A DNA stretch of 64,000 bases from Gemmatimonadota bacterium (lineage in GTDB: Bacteria > Gemmatimonadota > Gemmatimonadetes > Gemmatimonadales > JACORV01), in contig JBGOSS010000001.1 in assembly GCA_041476105.1 (NCBI GenBank), forward strand, positions 16,297 to 80,296, written 5' to 3'. This document shows, piece by piece, positions 40,089-49,949 of this stretch (position 1 is the first letter of the stretch; each line of letters begins with the position of its first letter). A program made the position numbers and the translations under genes. Under the pieces are notes generated by a model. It was not told the origin of the DNA. It did no database searches and worked only from the letters and a program-made list of their open reading frames with translations.

Positions 40089-42007
40089 TGGTCTTTCTCT
40101 CCCCCCTCGCGCTCTTCGGCCTCGGCGCGGCGGTGGTGCCGCCGCTACTCCACTTCTTCCAGCGTCGCGAGCCGCCGGTCGTCGCATTCCCGGCCGTGCG
40201 CTACCTCCAGGAGACCAAGCGCGACGCGCAGCGCACCGTGCAGCTCCAGCATCTCCTGCTGATGCTGTTGCGGATCCTCGCGGTGGTGCTGATCGTCCTC
40301 GCGGCGGCCCGGCCGGTGGTCACCGGCGGCGTGGGCGCGCATCACGAGCCGACGGCGCTGGTGATCGTCTTCGACCACTCGCTCAGCAGCGGGGCGGTGC
40401 AGGCGGGGACCCGCGTCCTCGACGACCTGGCCGCGCGGGCCCGTGAGACGCTGCGCGAGGCGCAGGACGGCGACGCCGTCTGGCTGATCGGCGCCGACGG
40501 CATCGCCCGCCGCGGGACGCCCGCCGACCTGCTGGTCGAGGTGAGCCGCCTGGCCCCCGACGCGCGGCGGCTCGATCTCGACGCGGCGGTGCGGCAGGGC
40601 GCACGCCTGATCGCGACGTCGGGGTATGCGCGGGGGGAGATACATGTGTTGTCTGACCTCCAGCGCAGTGCGTTACAGTCGACAGGCAACAGTCAACAGT
40701 CGACAACCGGCGAAAGGTGCGCCCCACCCGGTGTCGACTGTCGACTGTCGGCTGTCGACTCGTCTTTGGGGGGCCTCCCCATCCTCGTCTACCACCCTCG
40801 CGGCGACCCGCCGCCCAACCGGGGCGCCGTGCTCGCGCGGCCCACGCCGTCGCTGTGGCTGCCCGGCGGCGGGAGCGTGCGCGTCGGCGTGGGCGGCGGG
40901 CCCGCGGGTGCGGCCGCGCGCACCACGGTGACGCTGGCGATCGACGCGCGGTCGCTCGCGCGGGCGCTGGTCACCGGCGGCGGCGAAGTGGAGCTGAACG
41001 CGCCCGCGCTGGCGCCCGGCTGGCACGCGGGCACCGTGTCGCTCGATGCCGACGAGCTGCGCGCCGACGACCGGCGCGCCTTCGCCGTGCGCGTCGTGGT
41101 GCCCGCGGCCGTCAGCTTTGGCAGCGCGGCGGAGATCGGCTCTTTCGCGCAGGAAGCGCTGGGTGTGCTCGCGGCGGCGGGTCGGGTGCGCCTCGGCGCC
41201 GGCGACGTGCGCATCGGGACCAGTCCGGCCGGCGGCGGGGCGGTGGTGGTGGTGCCGCCGGCTGATCCCTCGGTCTTCGGCGCCACCAACCGCGCCCTCG
41301 AGGCCGCGGGGGTCCCCTGGCGCTTCGGAGCGCGGCGTGAGCGCGAAGACACCCTCGACGCGCCGGCGGTGCCCGAGCTCGCCGGGGTGCGCGTGCGCCT
41401 GCGCTGGCAGCTCGAGCCGGTGGGCGGCGCCGAGCGTCCGGGCGACGTCCTGGCCCGCGCCGGGGGCGACGCCTGGCTGGTGCGCTCGGGCCGCGTGGTC
41501 CTGCTCGGCAGCCGCCTGGTGCCTGACGAGACGACCCTGCCGCTCACCGGCGCCTTCCTGCCGTTCGTCGGCGCGCTGGTGAACCGGATCGCCCGCGGCG
41601 AGAGCGGCGTCATCGAGGCGATGCCCGGCGATCCGGTCGCGCTGGGGGACCGGGTCACGGCGATCGCCTCGGCCGACTCGGTGATGAGCGTGCGGCCCGG
41701 GGCGGTGGTGACGGCGCCCGCGGCCCCGGGCGTCTACGCGCTGCGCGCCGGCGGCGACACCATCGGGATGCTCGTGGTCGGCGCCGACCCGCGCGAGTCG
41801 GACCTGGCGCGCGCCGCCGATGCCGAGGTCGCCGCGCTCTGGCGCGGCGCCCGCGTGTCGGTGACCGACAACGCCAACGCCTACACCGCGCGCCGCTTCC
41901 GCGGCGCCGGCCGCAGCGAGCTGACGGGGCCGCTGCTCCTGGTGGCGCTCGTGGTGCTGATTGCCGAAGCGTTTCTCGCTGCGGGAGGACGGTTGAAGAG
42001 AACCTAG
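40088..42007 (+). CDS. BatA-domain / vWA membrane protein
   Basis: FLSPLALFGL...PPLLHF...FPAVRYL, DHSLSS MIDAS-like motif, SDLQ, RESDL, C-terminal TM. Confidence 0.85.
   Translation: MVFLSPLALFGLGAAVVPPLLHFFQRREPPVVAFPAVRYLQETKRDAQRTVQLQHLLLMLLRILAVVLIVLAAARPVVTGGVGAHHEPTALVIVFDHSLSSGAVQAGTRVLDDLAARARETLREAQDGDAVWLIGADGIARRGTPADLLVEVSRLAPDARRLDLDAAVRQGARLIATSGYARGEIHVLSDLQRSALQSTGNSQQSTTGERCAPPGVDCRLSAVDSSLGGLPILVYHPRGDPPPNRGAVLARPTPSLWLPGGGSVRVGVGGGPAGAAARTTVTLAIDARSLARALVTGGGEVELNAPALAPGWHAGTVSLDADELRADDRRAFAVRVVVPAAVSFGSAAEIGSFAQEALGVLAAAGRVRLGAGDVRIGTSPAGGGAVVVVPPADPSVFGATNRALEAAGVPWRFGARREREDTLDAPAVPELAGVRVRLRWQLEPVGGAERPGDVLARAGGDAWLVRSGRVVLLGSRLVPDETTLPLTGAFLPFVGALVNRIARGESGVIEAMPGDPVALGDRVTAIASADSVMSVRPGAVVTAPAAPGVYALRAGGDTIGMLVVGADPRESDLARAADAEVAALWRGARVSVTDNANAYTARRFRGAGRSELTGPLLLVALVVLIAEAFLAAGGRLKRT
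40675..40760. repeat. Inverted pair of heptamer arrays (ACAGTCR x4 / TGTCGAC x4) in frame in the BatA gene
   Basis: Arms 40675-40705 and 40732-40760; same unit family as 13036-13122. Confidence 0.88.
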
Positions 42008-42025
42008 GTTTCAGGTTCTCCTCCT

Positions 42026-45000
42026 ATGCCTCTCCCCCAGCTCGTCCGCGCCTTCCGCGCCCTGCCCGAGTTCACCGAGCTCGAGGCCGCGCTGCGCGCG
42101 CCCGGCGCCCAGGCGGGCGTGGCGCTGCCGCCGGGCTCGGCCGGTGCCGCGCTGGTCGCGGCGCTCGCCGACGCGCAGCCGACGCAGCGCTTCGTCGTGA
42201 TCGCGCCCGGACCGGTGGAGGCGGAACGCTGGCTCGCCGACCTCGCGAACCTGCTCCCCGACGAGCGGGTCGCGCTGTATCCCCAGCGCGAGGGGCTGGG
42301 CGAGGACGAGCCGCACGTCGAGATCGCGGGCGAGCGTACCGAGACGCTCGAGGCGCTGGCGCGCGGCGCCGTCCAGATCACCGTCACCACCGGCCGCGCC
42401 ACCATGGAGCGCACGCTCATGCCGGCCGCGCTCACCGCCGCGCGCCTGGAAATCACCAAGGGCGTGCCGTTCCGCGACGTCGTCGCGCGGCTCCAGCAGA
42501 TGGGCTACGAGCGCGTGCCGCAGGTGACCGACGTCGCGCAGTTCGCGGTGCGCGGCGGCATCGTGGACGTCTACGGCTTCGGCATGGCGCTGCCCGCGCG
42601 CGCCGAGTACTGGGGCGACGAGCTGGCTGCGCTGCGCGCCTTCGACCTCGCGACCCAGCGCGGCGCGGGCACCATCGAGCGCGTGACGGTGCTGCCGGTC
42701 AATCCGCAGCTGGCGCTCGCGGATGGAGGGATGGCGGGACAGTCCCTCCGTACCACGCTTCTCGACCTCATGCCCGCCGGCGCGCTGCTGATCGAGGAGG
42801 ACGCGAAGGCGTTCGAGGGCGACGCCGCACGGGCCTGGAAGGAAGCCGACCACCACGCCGATCTTGCCCGCCGCATGGGCGAAGCCGTGCCGGCGCGCGG
42901 CGAGCTCTTCCTCTCCCCCGAGGCGTGGCGCGCGCTGCGGGCCCGTTTCGCGCGGCTCTCCATCGACGGCACCGCGGCGACCCACCGCCTGCCGGTTGGC
43001 CCGCCGCCCGAGATCGCCCGCGACCTCTCGCGCCTCGCGCCGCCCTCCGGCGGCACCACCCTGGTGCTCTGCGACAACGAGGGCCAGCTGGAGCGTCTCG
43101 ACGAGCTGCTGCACGAGGGGCGCCGCGCGTCACCGGCCGGCATCGTCCTCGCGATCGGCGCGCTCGACGGCGGCTTCGTGCTGCCCGGCCTCGCCGTGCT
43201 CACCGACCACCAGATCTTCCGGCGGGCCCGCCGGCTGCGGCGCCCGCGGCGCTACCGCCAGAGCCCGCCGGCGTCGCTGGGCGGCGCGCTCCAGCCCGGC
43301 GACCTGGTCGTGCACCTGGAGCACGGCATCGGCATCTACCGCGGCATCAAGACCATCACCGTGCAGGATGCGACCATCGAGGTCGCCGCGATCGAGTACG
43401 AGGGCGGCGATCTCCTCCACGTGCCGCTGTACCGCATCGACCAGCTCGAGCGTTTCCGCAGCGCCGAGATGGAGGACGGCGAGCGCCCCCCGCCGAAGCT
43501 GCACAAGCTGGGGGGCGGCAAGTGGACCAAGCTGCGCGCCGCCGCCGAGCAGGAAGTGCGGCGCATGGCCGCCGAGCTGCTCGACCTCTACGCGCGCCGC
43601 CAGCTGACCACCGGCTATGCCTTCCCGCCCGACACCCGCTGGCAGCGGGAGCTGGAGTCGTCGTTCCTCTACGAGGACACCCCCGACCAGCGCAAGGCGA
43701 CCGCCGAGGTGAAGGCCGACATGGAGAAGCCGCGCCCGATGGACCGCCTGGTCGTGGGCGACGTCGGCTACGGCAAGACCGAGATCGCGGTGCGCGCCGC
43801 CTTCAAGGCGGTGCAGGCGGGCAAGCAGGTCGTGGTGCTCGCGCCGACCACGATTCTCGTGGAGCAGCACCTGCGCACCTTCAGCGAGCGCTTCGCCGAG
43901 TACCCGGTGCGCCTCGCCGCGCTCTCGCGCCTGCACACCCGGAAGGAAACCACCGCGACCCTGGCCCAGGTCGCCGCCGGCACCATCGACGTGCTGATCG
44001 GCACCCACCGGCTCCTCTCCCCCGACGTCGTGTTCCACGATCTCGGCCTGGTGGTCGTGGACGAGGAGCACCGCTTCGGCGTGGACCACAAGGAGCGGCT
44101 CAAGAAGCTGCGCCTCGCGGTGGACGTCCTGACGATGACCGCGACGCCGATCCCGCGCACCCTCCAGCTCAGCCTCGCCGGGCTGCGGGACCTGACGCTG
44201 ATCGAGACGCCGCCGCGCGACCGCTCGCCGGTGCTCACCAGCGTCGAGCCGTGGGACGATGCGCTGATCGAGGAGGCGATGGCCCGCGAGCTGGACCGCG
44301 GCGGACAGGTCTACGTGGTCCACAACCGCATCGAGACCCTGGAGACCATCGTCGAACGGATCCGCCAGCTCGCCCCGCGCGCCCGGGTGGCGCACGCGCA
44401 CGGACAGATGCAGGCGCGCAAACTCGACGACGTGATGCGCCGCTTCGTGGACGGCACGGTGGACATCCTCATCACCACCATGATCGTCGAGTCGGGGCTC
44501 GACGTCCCCAACGCCAATACCATGATCGTGCACCACGCCGAGTTCTTCGGCCTCGCCCAGCTCTACCAGCTGCGCGGCCGCGTGGGACGCAGCCACCGGC
44601 GGGCGCACTGCTACCTCATCGTCCCCGACGTGATCGATCGGCAGGCCGAGGCCCGGCTGATGACCCTGGCGCACCACACCGAGCTGGGCGCCGGCTACCG
44701 GATCGCCCTCAAGGACCTCGAGCTGCGAGGCGCGGGTAACATCCTCGGCGTCGAGCAATCCGGCTTCGCGATGACGGTCGGGGTGGACATGTACCTCCGG
44801 TTGCTGGAGGAAACGGTCCGGGCCCTGCGCGGGGAGGCCGCCGGCACCGCCTGGCCGCCGCCCGAGGTGTTGCTGGAGCGTTCGGCCTACCTGCCCGACA
44901 CCTACGTCACCGACGACGCCGCCAAGCTCGACCTGTACCGGCGGCTGGCGCGGAGCCAGTCGCCCGGCGACATTCAAGGGTTGCGCGAGGAACTGGCCGA

Positions 45001-45301
45001 CCGGTTCGGCCGGCTCCCGCCCGAGGCCGAGGCGCTCGTCGCGCTCACCCAGCTCCGGGTGATAGGCGCGCGTCTCGGCCTCGAGACGGTCGTGGCCCGG
45101 GGCGACGACGCCCGGCTGGTGTTCCGGGCGGGTGCGGCCCCGCGGCTCGCGCGGCTGACGGTCGCGATGGACGAAGTACAATTCGCCGCCGAGGTGCGCC
45201 GGACGCAGCCGTTGGTGCTGCGCCTCGAGCGCCTGGGTGGCATAGACCTGCTCGCGGGACTGGTACGCGCACTGTCGCGTGCCGCGGCAGACCCTTCCTA
45301 G
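42026..45301 (+). CDS. mfd: Transcription-repair coupling factor
   Basis: RGGIVD, HGIGIY, ETPDQ-like motif, GDVGYGKTE, DEEHRFG, GLAQLYQLRGRVGRS, DLELRGAGN. Confidence 0.97.
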   Translation: MPLPQLVRAFRALPEFTELEAALRAPGAQAGVALPPGSAGAALVAALADAQPTQRFVVIAPGPVEAERWLADLANLLPDERVALYPQREGLGEDEPHVEIAGERTETLEALARGAVQITVTTGRATMERTLMPAALTAARLEITKGVPFRDVVARLQQMGYERVPQVTDVAQFAVRGGIVDVYGFGMALPARAEYWGDELAALRAFDLATQRGAGTIERVTVLPVNPQLALADGGMAGQSLRTTLLDLMPAGALLIEEDAKAFEGDAARAWKEADHHADLARRMGEAVPARGELFLSPEAWRALRARFARLSIDGTAATHRLPVGPPPEIARDLSRLAPPSGGTTLVLCDNEGQLERLDELLHEGRRASPAGIVLAIGALDGGFVLPGLAVLTDHQIFRRARRLRRPRRYRQSPPASLGGALQPGDLVVHLEHGIGIYRGIKTITVQDATIEVAAIEYEGGDLLHVPLYRIDQLERFRSAEMEDGERPPPKLHKLGGGKWTKLRAAAEQEVRRMAAELLDLYARRQLTTGYAFPPDTRWQRELESSFLYEDTPDQRKATAEVKADMEKPRPMDRLVVGDVGYGKTEIAVRAAFKAVQAGKQVVVLAPTTILVEQHLRTFSERFAEYPVRLAALSRLHTRKETTATLAQVAAGTIDVLIGTHRLLSPDVVFHDLGLVVVDEEHRFGVDHKERLKKLRLAVDVLTMTATPIPRTLQLSLAGLRDLTLIETPPRDRSPVLTSVEPWDDALIEEAMARELDRGGQVYVVHNRIETLETIVERIRQLAPRARVAHAHGQMQARKLDDVMRRFVDGTVDILITTMIVESGLDVPNANTMIVHHAEFFGLAQLYQLRGRVGRSHRRAHCYLIVPDVIDRQAEARLMTLAHHTELGAGYRIALKDLELRGAGNILGVEQSGFAMTVGVDMYLRLLEETVRALRGEAAGTAWPPPEVLLERSAYLPDTYVTDDAAKLDLYRRLARSQSPGDIQGLREELADRFGRLPPEAEALVALTQLRVIGARLGLETVVARGDDARLVFRAGAAPRLARLTVAMDEVQFAAEVRRTQPLVLRLERLGGIDLLAGLVRALSRAAADPS

Positions 45302-45316
45302 AGGACAGGAGTCGGC

Positions 45317-46792
45317 ATGGTTCGGCGGTATGTGGCGGTGGCGGCGCTGGTGCTGGTCTCGGCGTGCTCCCTCAGGGACGCGTTCTCGGGCCACCAGGAC
45401 GTCGTGGCGACGGCGGCGGGGCAGGAGCTGACGGTCGAGCGCGTGGCGACGATGATCGCCCCGGCGAAATCGGTGCCGCTGCGGCGCGAGATCGTGGACA
45501 AGGTGGCCGACCTGTGGGTCGACTACCAGCTCCTCGCGCAGGCCGTGGCGCAGGGCGACAGCCTGACCGACAGCGCCACCGCCCTGGCGGCGAGCTGGCC
45601 CGTCGTGATGCAGGCGCTCGCCACCGGCTACCACGACTCCGTCGTCGCGCGGGCGCACCCCTCGCCGGCCCAGGTCGACAGCGCCTACAACGGCAACGAC
45701 TTCCGCTACGTCTCGCACATCCTGGTGATGGCGCGGCAGGACACCACCGCCGCGGTCAAGGCGGCGAAGCGTCGCTTGGCGCAGGGCTTCCTCGACCAGG
45801 TGCATCACGGCGCCGACTTCGCGCAGCTCGCGAGCCGCGTCTCCGAGGACCCCGGGTCCAAGGCCAACGGCGGCAACCTCGGCCTGGTGGGCCGCGGCGT
45901 GATGGTGAAGCCGTTCGAGGACGCGGCCTTCGCGCTGCGGCCCGGCGAGATGTCGGCGACGCTGGTCGAGACCGCCTTCGGCTATCACATCCTCTATCGT
46001 CCCAACCTGGCGCAGATCCGCGATAGCTTCACCACGCTGCTCACCGATGTCTTCGCCGGCCGCGCCGACTCCCTCTTCCTCGATTCCCTGACCAACAAGA
46101 CCGGCATCGCGGTGCGCAGCCGCGCGCCCCAGATCGCGCGCGCCGCGGCGCAGAACCTCCGCGCCGCCAAGACCCGCTCGCGCACCCTCGCCACCTGGCG
46201 CGGCGGCGAGCTGACCGAGAAACAGTTCGCGACCTGGCTCCAGGCGCATCCGCCCCAGACCGCCGGCCTCGTGGCCCAGGCGCCGGACTCGACGCTCAAC
46301 GACTTCGTGAAGAGCATCGCGCGCAACGAGATGATCGTGGACGCGGCGCGCCGCCGGCACATCAGCCTCACGCCGACCCAGCGCGACTCGATCCGGGGGC
46401 GCTACCGCACCGAGCTCGAGGCGATGCTCACCGGCATGGGGATCGCGCCCGAGTCCCTGGCGGCCGACTCCACCATCCGCGGCGCCGCGAAGACCGCCGT
46501 CGCCGCCCGGCACGTCGACGCCTACTTCACGTCGATCACCAACAACCCGGGCCAGCGGCAGTACTTCGCCGTGCCGCCCTTCCTGGCCGACGTCCTCCGC
46601 TCGCGCGCCGCGTGGAAGGTCAACGCGGCGGGCGTCGACCGGGCCCTCGAGCGCGCCAAGGTGCTGCGCGGACCCGAGGCGCCCGACCGCGGCGGCCCCG
46701 GGATGACGCCCGCGCCCGGGATGCAGCGCGCCCCCGGCGGACCGCCGGTGGGCGGGCGGGCGCCCGCGCCCACGCCGCGGCGCCCGAACTGA
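45317..46792 (+). CDS. Parvulin-type peptidyl-prolyl isomerase lipoprotein
   Basis: Lipobox LVSAC; SHIL, SEDPGS..GGNLG, MVKPFE, FGYHI. Confidence 0.88.
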   Translation: MVRRYVAVAALVLVSACSLRDAFSGHQDVVATAAGQELTVERVATMIAPAKSVPLRREIVDKVADLWVDYQLLAQAVAQGDSLTDSATALAASWPVVMQALATGYHDSVVARAHPSPAQVDSAYNGNDFRYVSHILVMARQDTTAAVKAAKRRLAQGFLDQVHHGADFAQLASRVSEDPGSKANGGNLGLVGRGVMVKPFEDAAFALRPGEMSATLVETAFGYHILYRPNLAQIRDSFTTLLTDVFAGRADSLFLDSLTNKTGIAVRSRAPQIARAAAQNLRAAKTRSRTLATWRGGELTEKQFATWLQAHPPQTAGLVAQAPDSTLNDFVKSIARNEMIVDAARRRHISLTPTQRDSIRGRYRTELEAMLTGMGIAPESLAADSTIRGAAKTAVAARHVDAYFTSITNNPGQRQYFAVPPFLADVLRSRAAWKVNAAGVDRALERAKVLRGPEAPDRGGPGMTPAPGMQRAPGGPPVGGRAPAPTPRRPN

Positions 46793-46802
46793 GGGTCCGC
46801 CC

Positions 46803-48155
46803 ATGACGGCGGTAAGACTGCTCCGGCGGGCCGGCATGGCCACGCTGGTGGCGGGCTTCCTCATCGCGTCGCCCTCCCGCCGCCTTGCCGCCCAGGAGCC
46901 CGCGCCGCGGCCCGAGCTCATCGACCGCATCGTCGCCGTGGTCGGGGACCAGGCGATCCTGCTCTCCGAGGTGAACGAGCGGATCCAGCAGTCGCGCAAC
47001 TCCGGACTCCAGATCCCCGACGACAGCGTCCAGTTCCTCGCGCTTCAGCGGCAGGTCCTCGGCGCCATCATCGACGACGAGCTCCTCTACCAGCGGGCCC
47101 GGCGCGATACCTCCATCACCGTCACCGACGCCGAAGTGCAGACCGCGGTGGAGCAGCAGTACCGCAGCGTCCGCGGGCAGTTCCGCTCCGATGCCGAGTT
47201 TCTCACCGCCATCCAGGCCGCCGGGTGGGGGTCGATCGAGGAGTACCGCCGCTACCTGAGCGAGCAGTCGCGCCGCTCGGCCTTCGCCGAGCGCTTCGTG
47301 GACAAGCAGCGCCGCGACGGCAAGCTCCGCTCCGGCACGGTGAGCGAGGCCGAAATGCGCGACCTCTTCGCCCAGGCCCAGCGCGCCGGCCAGCTCGACA
47401 GCCTCCCGCCGACCATCACCTTCCGCCAGATCGTCGTCGCCCCCAAGCCGAGCGATGCGGCCCGCGCCGCGGCGGCGCGGCTCGCCGATTCGGTACACAC
47501 CGCGCTCGAGCGGGGCGCCGACTTCACCGAAGCGGCGCGACGCTTCAGCGACGACCCCGGCTCGAAGGACAGCGGCGGCGCCCTCGGCTTTTTCCGCCGC
47601 GGCACCATGGTCCGGCCCTTCGAGGAAGTGGCGTTCAGCCTGCGCCCCGGCGTCATCTCGCCGGTGGTCCGCACCGAGTACGGCTACCACATCATCATCG
47701 TGGACCGGGTGCAGCCCGGCGAGATCAAGGCGCGGCACATCCTCTTCGCGCCCGTGATCACCGCCGTCGAGCAGGCGGCGGCGCGGCGCATCGCCGATTC
47801 GGCGGCCACGCTGCTGCGCGCGGGCGCCAACTCCGACTCGCTGGCGCGGGTCTTCGGTGACTCGGCCGAGCCCCACTCCATCGGCCCGACCGACCGCACC
47901 CACCTGCCGCAGGGATACGCCGCGGCCCTGGCCGAAGTGGAGCCGGGCCAGCTCGTGGGTCCCGTCGCGCTGAGTCCCGAAGCGCCGGAGCGCACCCGCT
48001 GGCTGGTGGCGCAAGTGGCCGAGGTGCGGCCCAAGCGGGTGCCGACGTTCGAGGACGTGCGCGAGCAGGTCCGCGCCCGCCTGGTGGACCAGAAGGGCTA
48101 CCGGAACCTGATCGAAGACCTGAAGCGGCAGATGTATGTCGATGTGAGATTGTAA
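46803..48155 (+). CDS. surA: SurA-like periplasmic chaperone/PPIase
   Basis: IDRIVAVVG SurA N-terminus, parvulin domain, MYVDVRL end; precedes pdxA. Confidence 0.85.
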   Translation: MTAVRLLRRAGMATLVAGFLIASPSRRLAAQEPAPRPELIDRIVAVVGDQAILLSEVNERIQQSRNSGLQIPDDSVQFLALQRQVLGAIIDDELLYQRARRDTSITVTDAEVQTAVEQQYRSVRGQFRSDAEFLTAIQAAGWGSIEEYRRYLSEQSRRSAFAERFVDKQRRDGKLRSGTVSEAEMRDLFAQAQRAGQLDSLPPTITFRQIVVAPKPSDAARAAAARLADSVHTALERGADFTEAARRFSDDPGSKDSGGALGFFRRGTMVRPFEEVAFSLRPGVISPVVRTEYGYHIIIVDRVQPGEIKARHILFAPVITAVEQAAARRIADSAATLLRAGANSDSLARVFGDSAEPHSIGPTDRTHLPQGYAAALAEVEPGQLVGPVALSPEAPERTRWLVAQVAEVRPKRVPTFEDVREQVRARLVDQKGYRNLIEDLKRQMYVDVRL

Positions 48156-48174
48156 GAGCACCCTTCGAGGCATC

Positions 48175-49077
48175 ATTCTCCCACGACTCGCGATAACCCT
48201 TGGCGACCCCCGCGGCATCGGCCCCGAGATCGCGCGCGCCGTGCTGCCCGCCGATGGGATCCAGGCCTGCGTCGTCGGGCCCGATGAGATGCTCGCGGGT
48301 TTTCCCGCCGGCGTCGAGACGGTCGGAATCGGTGCCTGGGAGGGCGGCGGGAGCGAGCCGCTGGAGCGCGCCGGCCTCCTGACGGGCCGGGCCGTCGAGG
48401 CGGCGGTCGGGCTCTGGAAGGAAGGCCGGATCGACGCCATCGTGACCGCCCCGGGCGACAAGCGCGCGCTCAACGCCGCGGGATACCACGTCCCCGGCCA
48501 CACCGAGCTGCTCAAGAATCTCACCGGCGCCCCGCGCGTCGCGATGATGCTGGCCTCCGACAAGCTCCGCGTCGTCCTCGTCACCACCCACCTGGCGCTG
48601 CGTGACGCCCTCGCGATCCTCACCCCCGAACGCATCGCCCTGGCCGCCGAGGTCACGCGCGCCGGCCTGCGCGACTGGTTCGGCATCGCCGAGCCGCGGC
48701 TGGCGCTGTGCGCCGTGAACCCGCATGCCGGCGAAGGCGGACTCTTCGGCCACGAGGAAGCGATGGTGCTGACGCCGGCGGCCAGGGCCAACCGGCTCAC
48801 CGGGCCGCTGCCCGCCGACACCGTCTTCGTGCGCGCGATGCGGGGCGAGTTCGACGCCGTCTTGGCGCCTTATCACGACGTCGGGATGACGGCGATCAAG
48901 GTGGCGAGCTTCGGGCACGGCGTGAACGTCACCCTCGGCCTCCCCGTCCCACGCACCGCACCCGACCACGGCACCGCGGTGGACATCGCGGGGCAGGGGA
49001 AAGCCGATCCGTCGTCGATGCGGGAGGCGGTGCGGGTTGCGGGAGAGATCGTCACTCGAGTGAGGAGCAAGCGATGA
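48175..49077 (+). CDS. pdxA: 4-hydroxythreonine-4-phosphate dehydrogenase (PdxA family)
   Basis: PRLAITLGDPRGIGPEI (48181-), GHTE, NPHAGE, PADT, YHD, RTAPDHGTA; start codon apparently non-canonical. Confidence 0.9.
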   Translation: MLPRLAITLGDPRGIGPEIARAVLPADGIQACVVGPDEMLAGFPAGVETVGIGAWEGGGSEPLERAGLLTGRAVEAAVGLWKEGRIDAIVTAPGDKRALNAAGYHVPGHTELLKNLTGAPRVAMMLASDKLRVVLVTTHLALRDALAILTPERIALAAEVTRAGLRDWFGIAEPRLALCAVNPHAGEGGLFGHEEAMVLTPAARANRLTGPLPADTVFVRAMRGEFDAVLAPYHDVGMTAIKVASFGHGVNVTLGLPVPRTAPDHGTAVDIAGQGKADPSSMREAVRVAGEIVTRVRSKR

Positions 49078-49949
49078 AATCCGCATTCGGAATCAACGCC
49101 ATGCTCGCCGACATGGAGCCGCTGCTGCGGCGGGTGACCAGCGCCGGCATCGACGTAGCCTACCAGCAATCGGCCGGCCTGTGGCGCGTCGAGCTGCCGA
49201 TCGGCAAGCTGGAGGAAGTGCTGCTCGCGATCGCCATCGATGCCTGCCACGCGATGGGGGCTCACGGCGCGCTGCGCGTCAGCACCGCGAACGTCAAGGA
49301 TCCCGAGGGCCTGCCGCCCGGCGGCTACGTGCGGCTCTCGGTGAGCGACACCGCGCGGAACATGAGCGCCGCGCTGGCCTCGGCGGTGCGCGGCCGAGGG
49401 ACTCGGGAAGGCCTGGGCATCCGGTTAGGCATCGAGATCGCCGAGACGGCGGGAGGGCGCCTCGACCTGGCCCCCAACCCGGGCGGCGGGCTCACCGTCC
49501 ACATCGTGCTGCCGCGAGCCCCGGGCACCGAGCCCGAGGAGGCGCCCGAGGGCGCGCCCGCGGCCACGACGCCCACCACCGTCCTGGTCGTCGAGGACGA
49601 CAAGCTGGTCATGAGCGCCGCCGGCCAGCTGCTCACCCGGCTCGGCTACAGCATCCTGCTGGCCCCCAGCGCCGAGGCGGCGCTGCGGCAGCTCGAGCAG
49701 CACCAGGGACCGGTGCATCTGCTGCTCACCGACATCTCGCTGCCCGGCATGGACGGCCTGCGCCTCGCCCGCGAGGTGCGCGCGCGCCATCCGGAGACCC
49801 GGGTGCTGTACATGAGCGGCTACTCGGAGGAGGCGCTGCGGATGAAAGACACCGCGGACCAGGGCGTCCAGCTGCTCGAGAAACCGTTCACCTTCAAGGG
49901 GCTGGCTACCGCCGTGAAGCAGGCGCTGTCTCCTGGCCCTTCTTCGTGA
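49074..49949 (+). CDS. Degenerate HATPase domain + receiver domain (no HisKA or sensor)
   Basis: Eroded N and G1 boxes (IAIDACHAM, SDTARNM); intact REC (VEDD, LTDISLP, SGY, KPF). Confidence 0.78.
   Translation: MKSAFGINAMLADMEPLLRRVTSAGIDVAYQQSAGLWRVELPIGKLEEVLLAIAIDACHAMGAHGALRVSTANVKDPEGLPPGGYVRLSVSDTARNMSAALASAVRGRGTREGLGIRLGIEIAETAGGRLDLAPNPGGGLTVHIVLPRAPGTEPEEAPEGAPAATTPTTVLVVEDDKLVMSAAGQLLTRLGYSILLAPSAEAALRQLEQHQGPVHLLLTDISLPGMDGLRLAREVRARHPETRVLYMSGYSEEALRMKDTADQGVQLLEKPFTFKGLATAVKQALSPGPSS

Noticed and set aside
35615-42007. Long N-terminal extensions on the M28, DUF58 and BatA ORFs in the ORF track
   Set aside because: Family N-termini, signal peptides and stop/start overlaps place the starts at 37195, 39165 and 40088
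42716-42750. Degenerate octamer-like run in mfd (GGATGGAG GGATGGCG GGACAG)
   Set aside because: Only 2-3 imperfect units; too weak to include in the repeat family
43130-46999. 1289-aa minus-strand ORF
   Set aside because: Antisense shadow of mfd and the PPIase genes; stop-poor because of high GC3, no recognisable motifs
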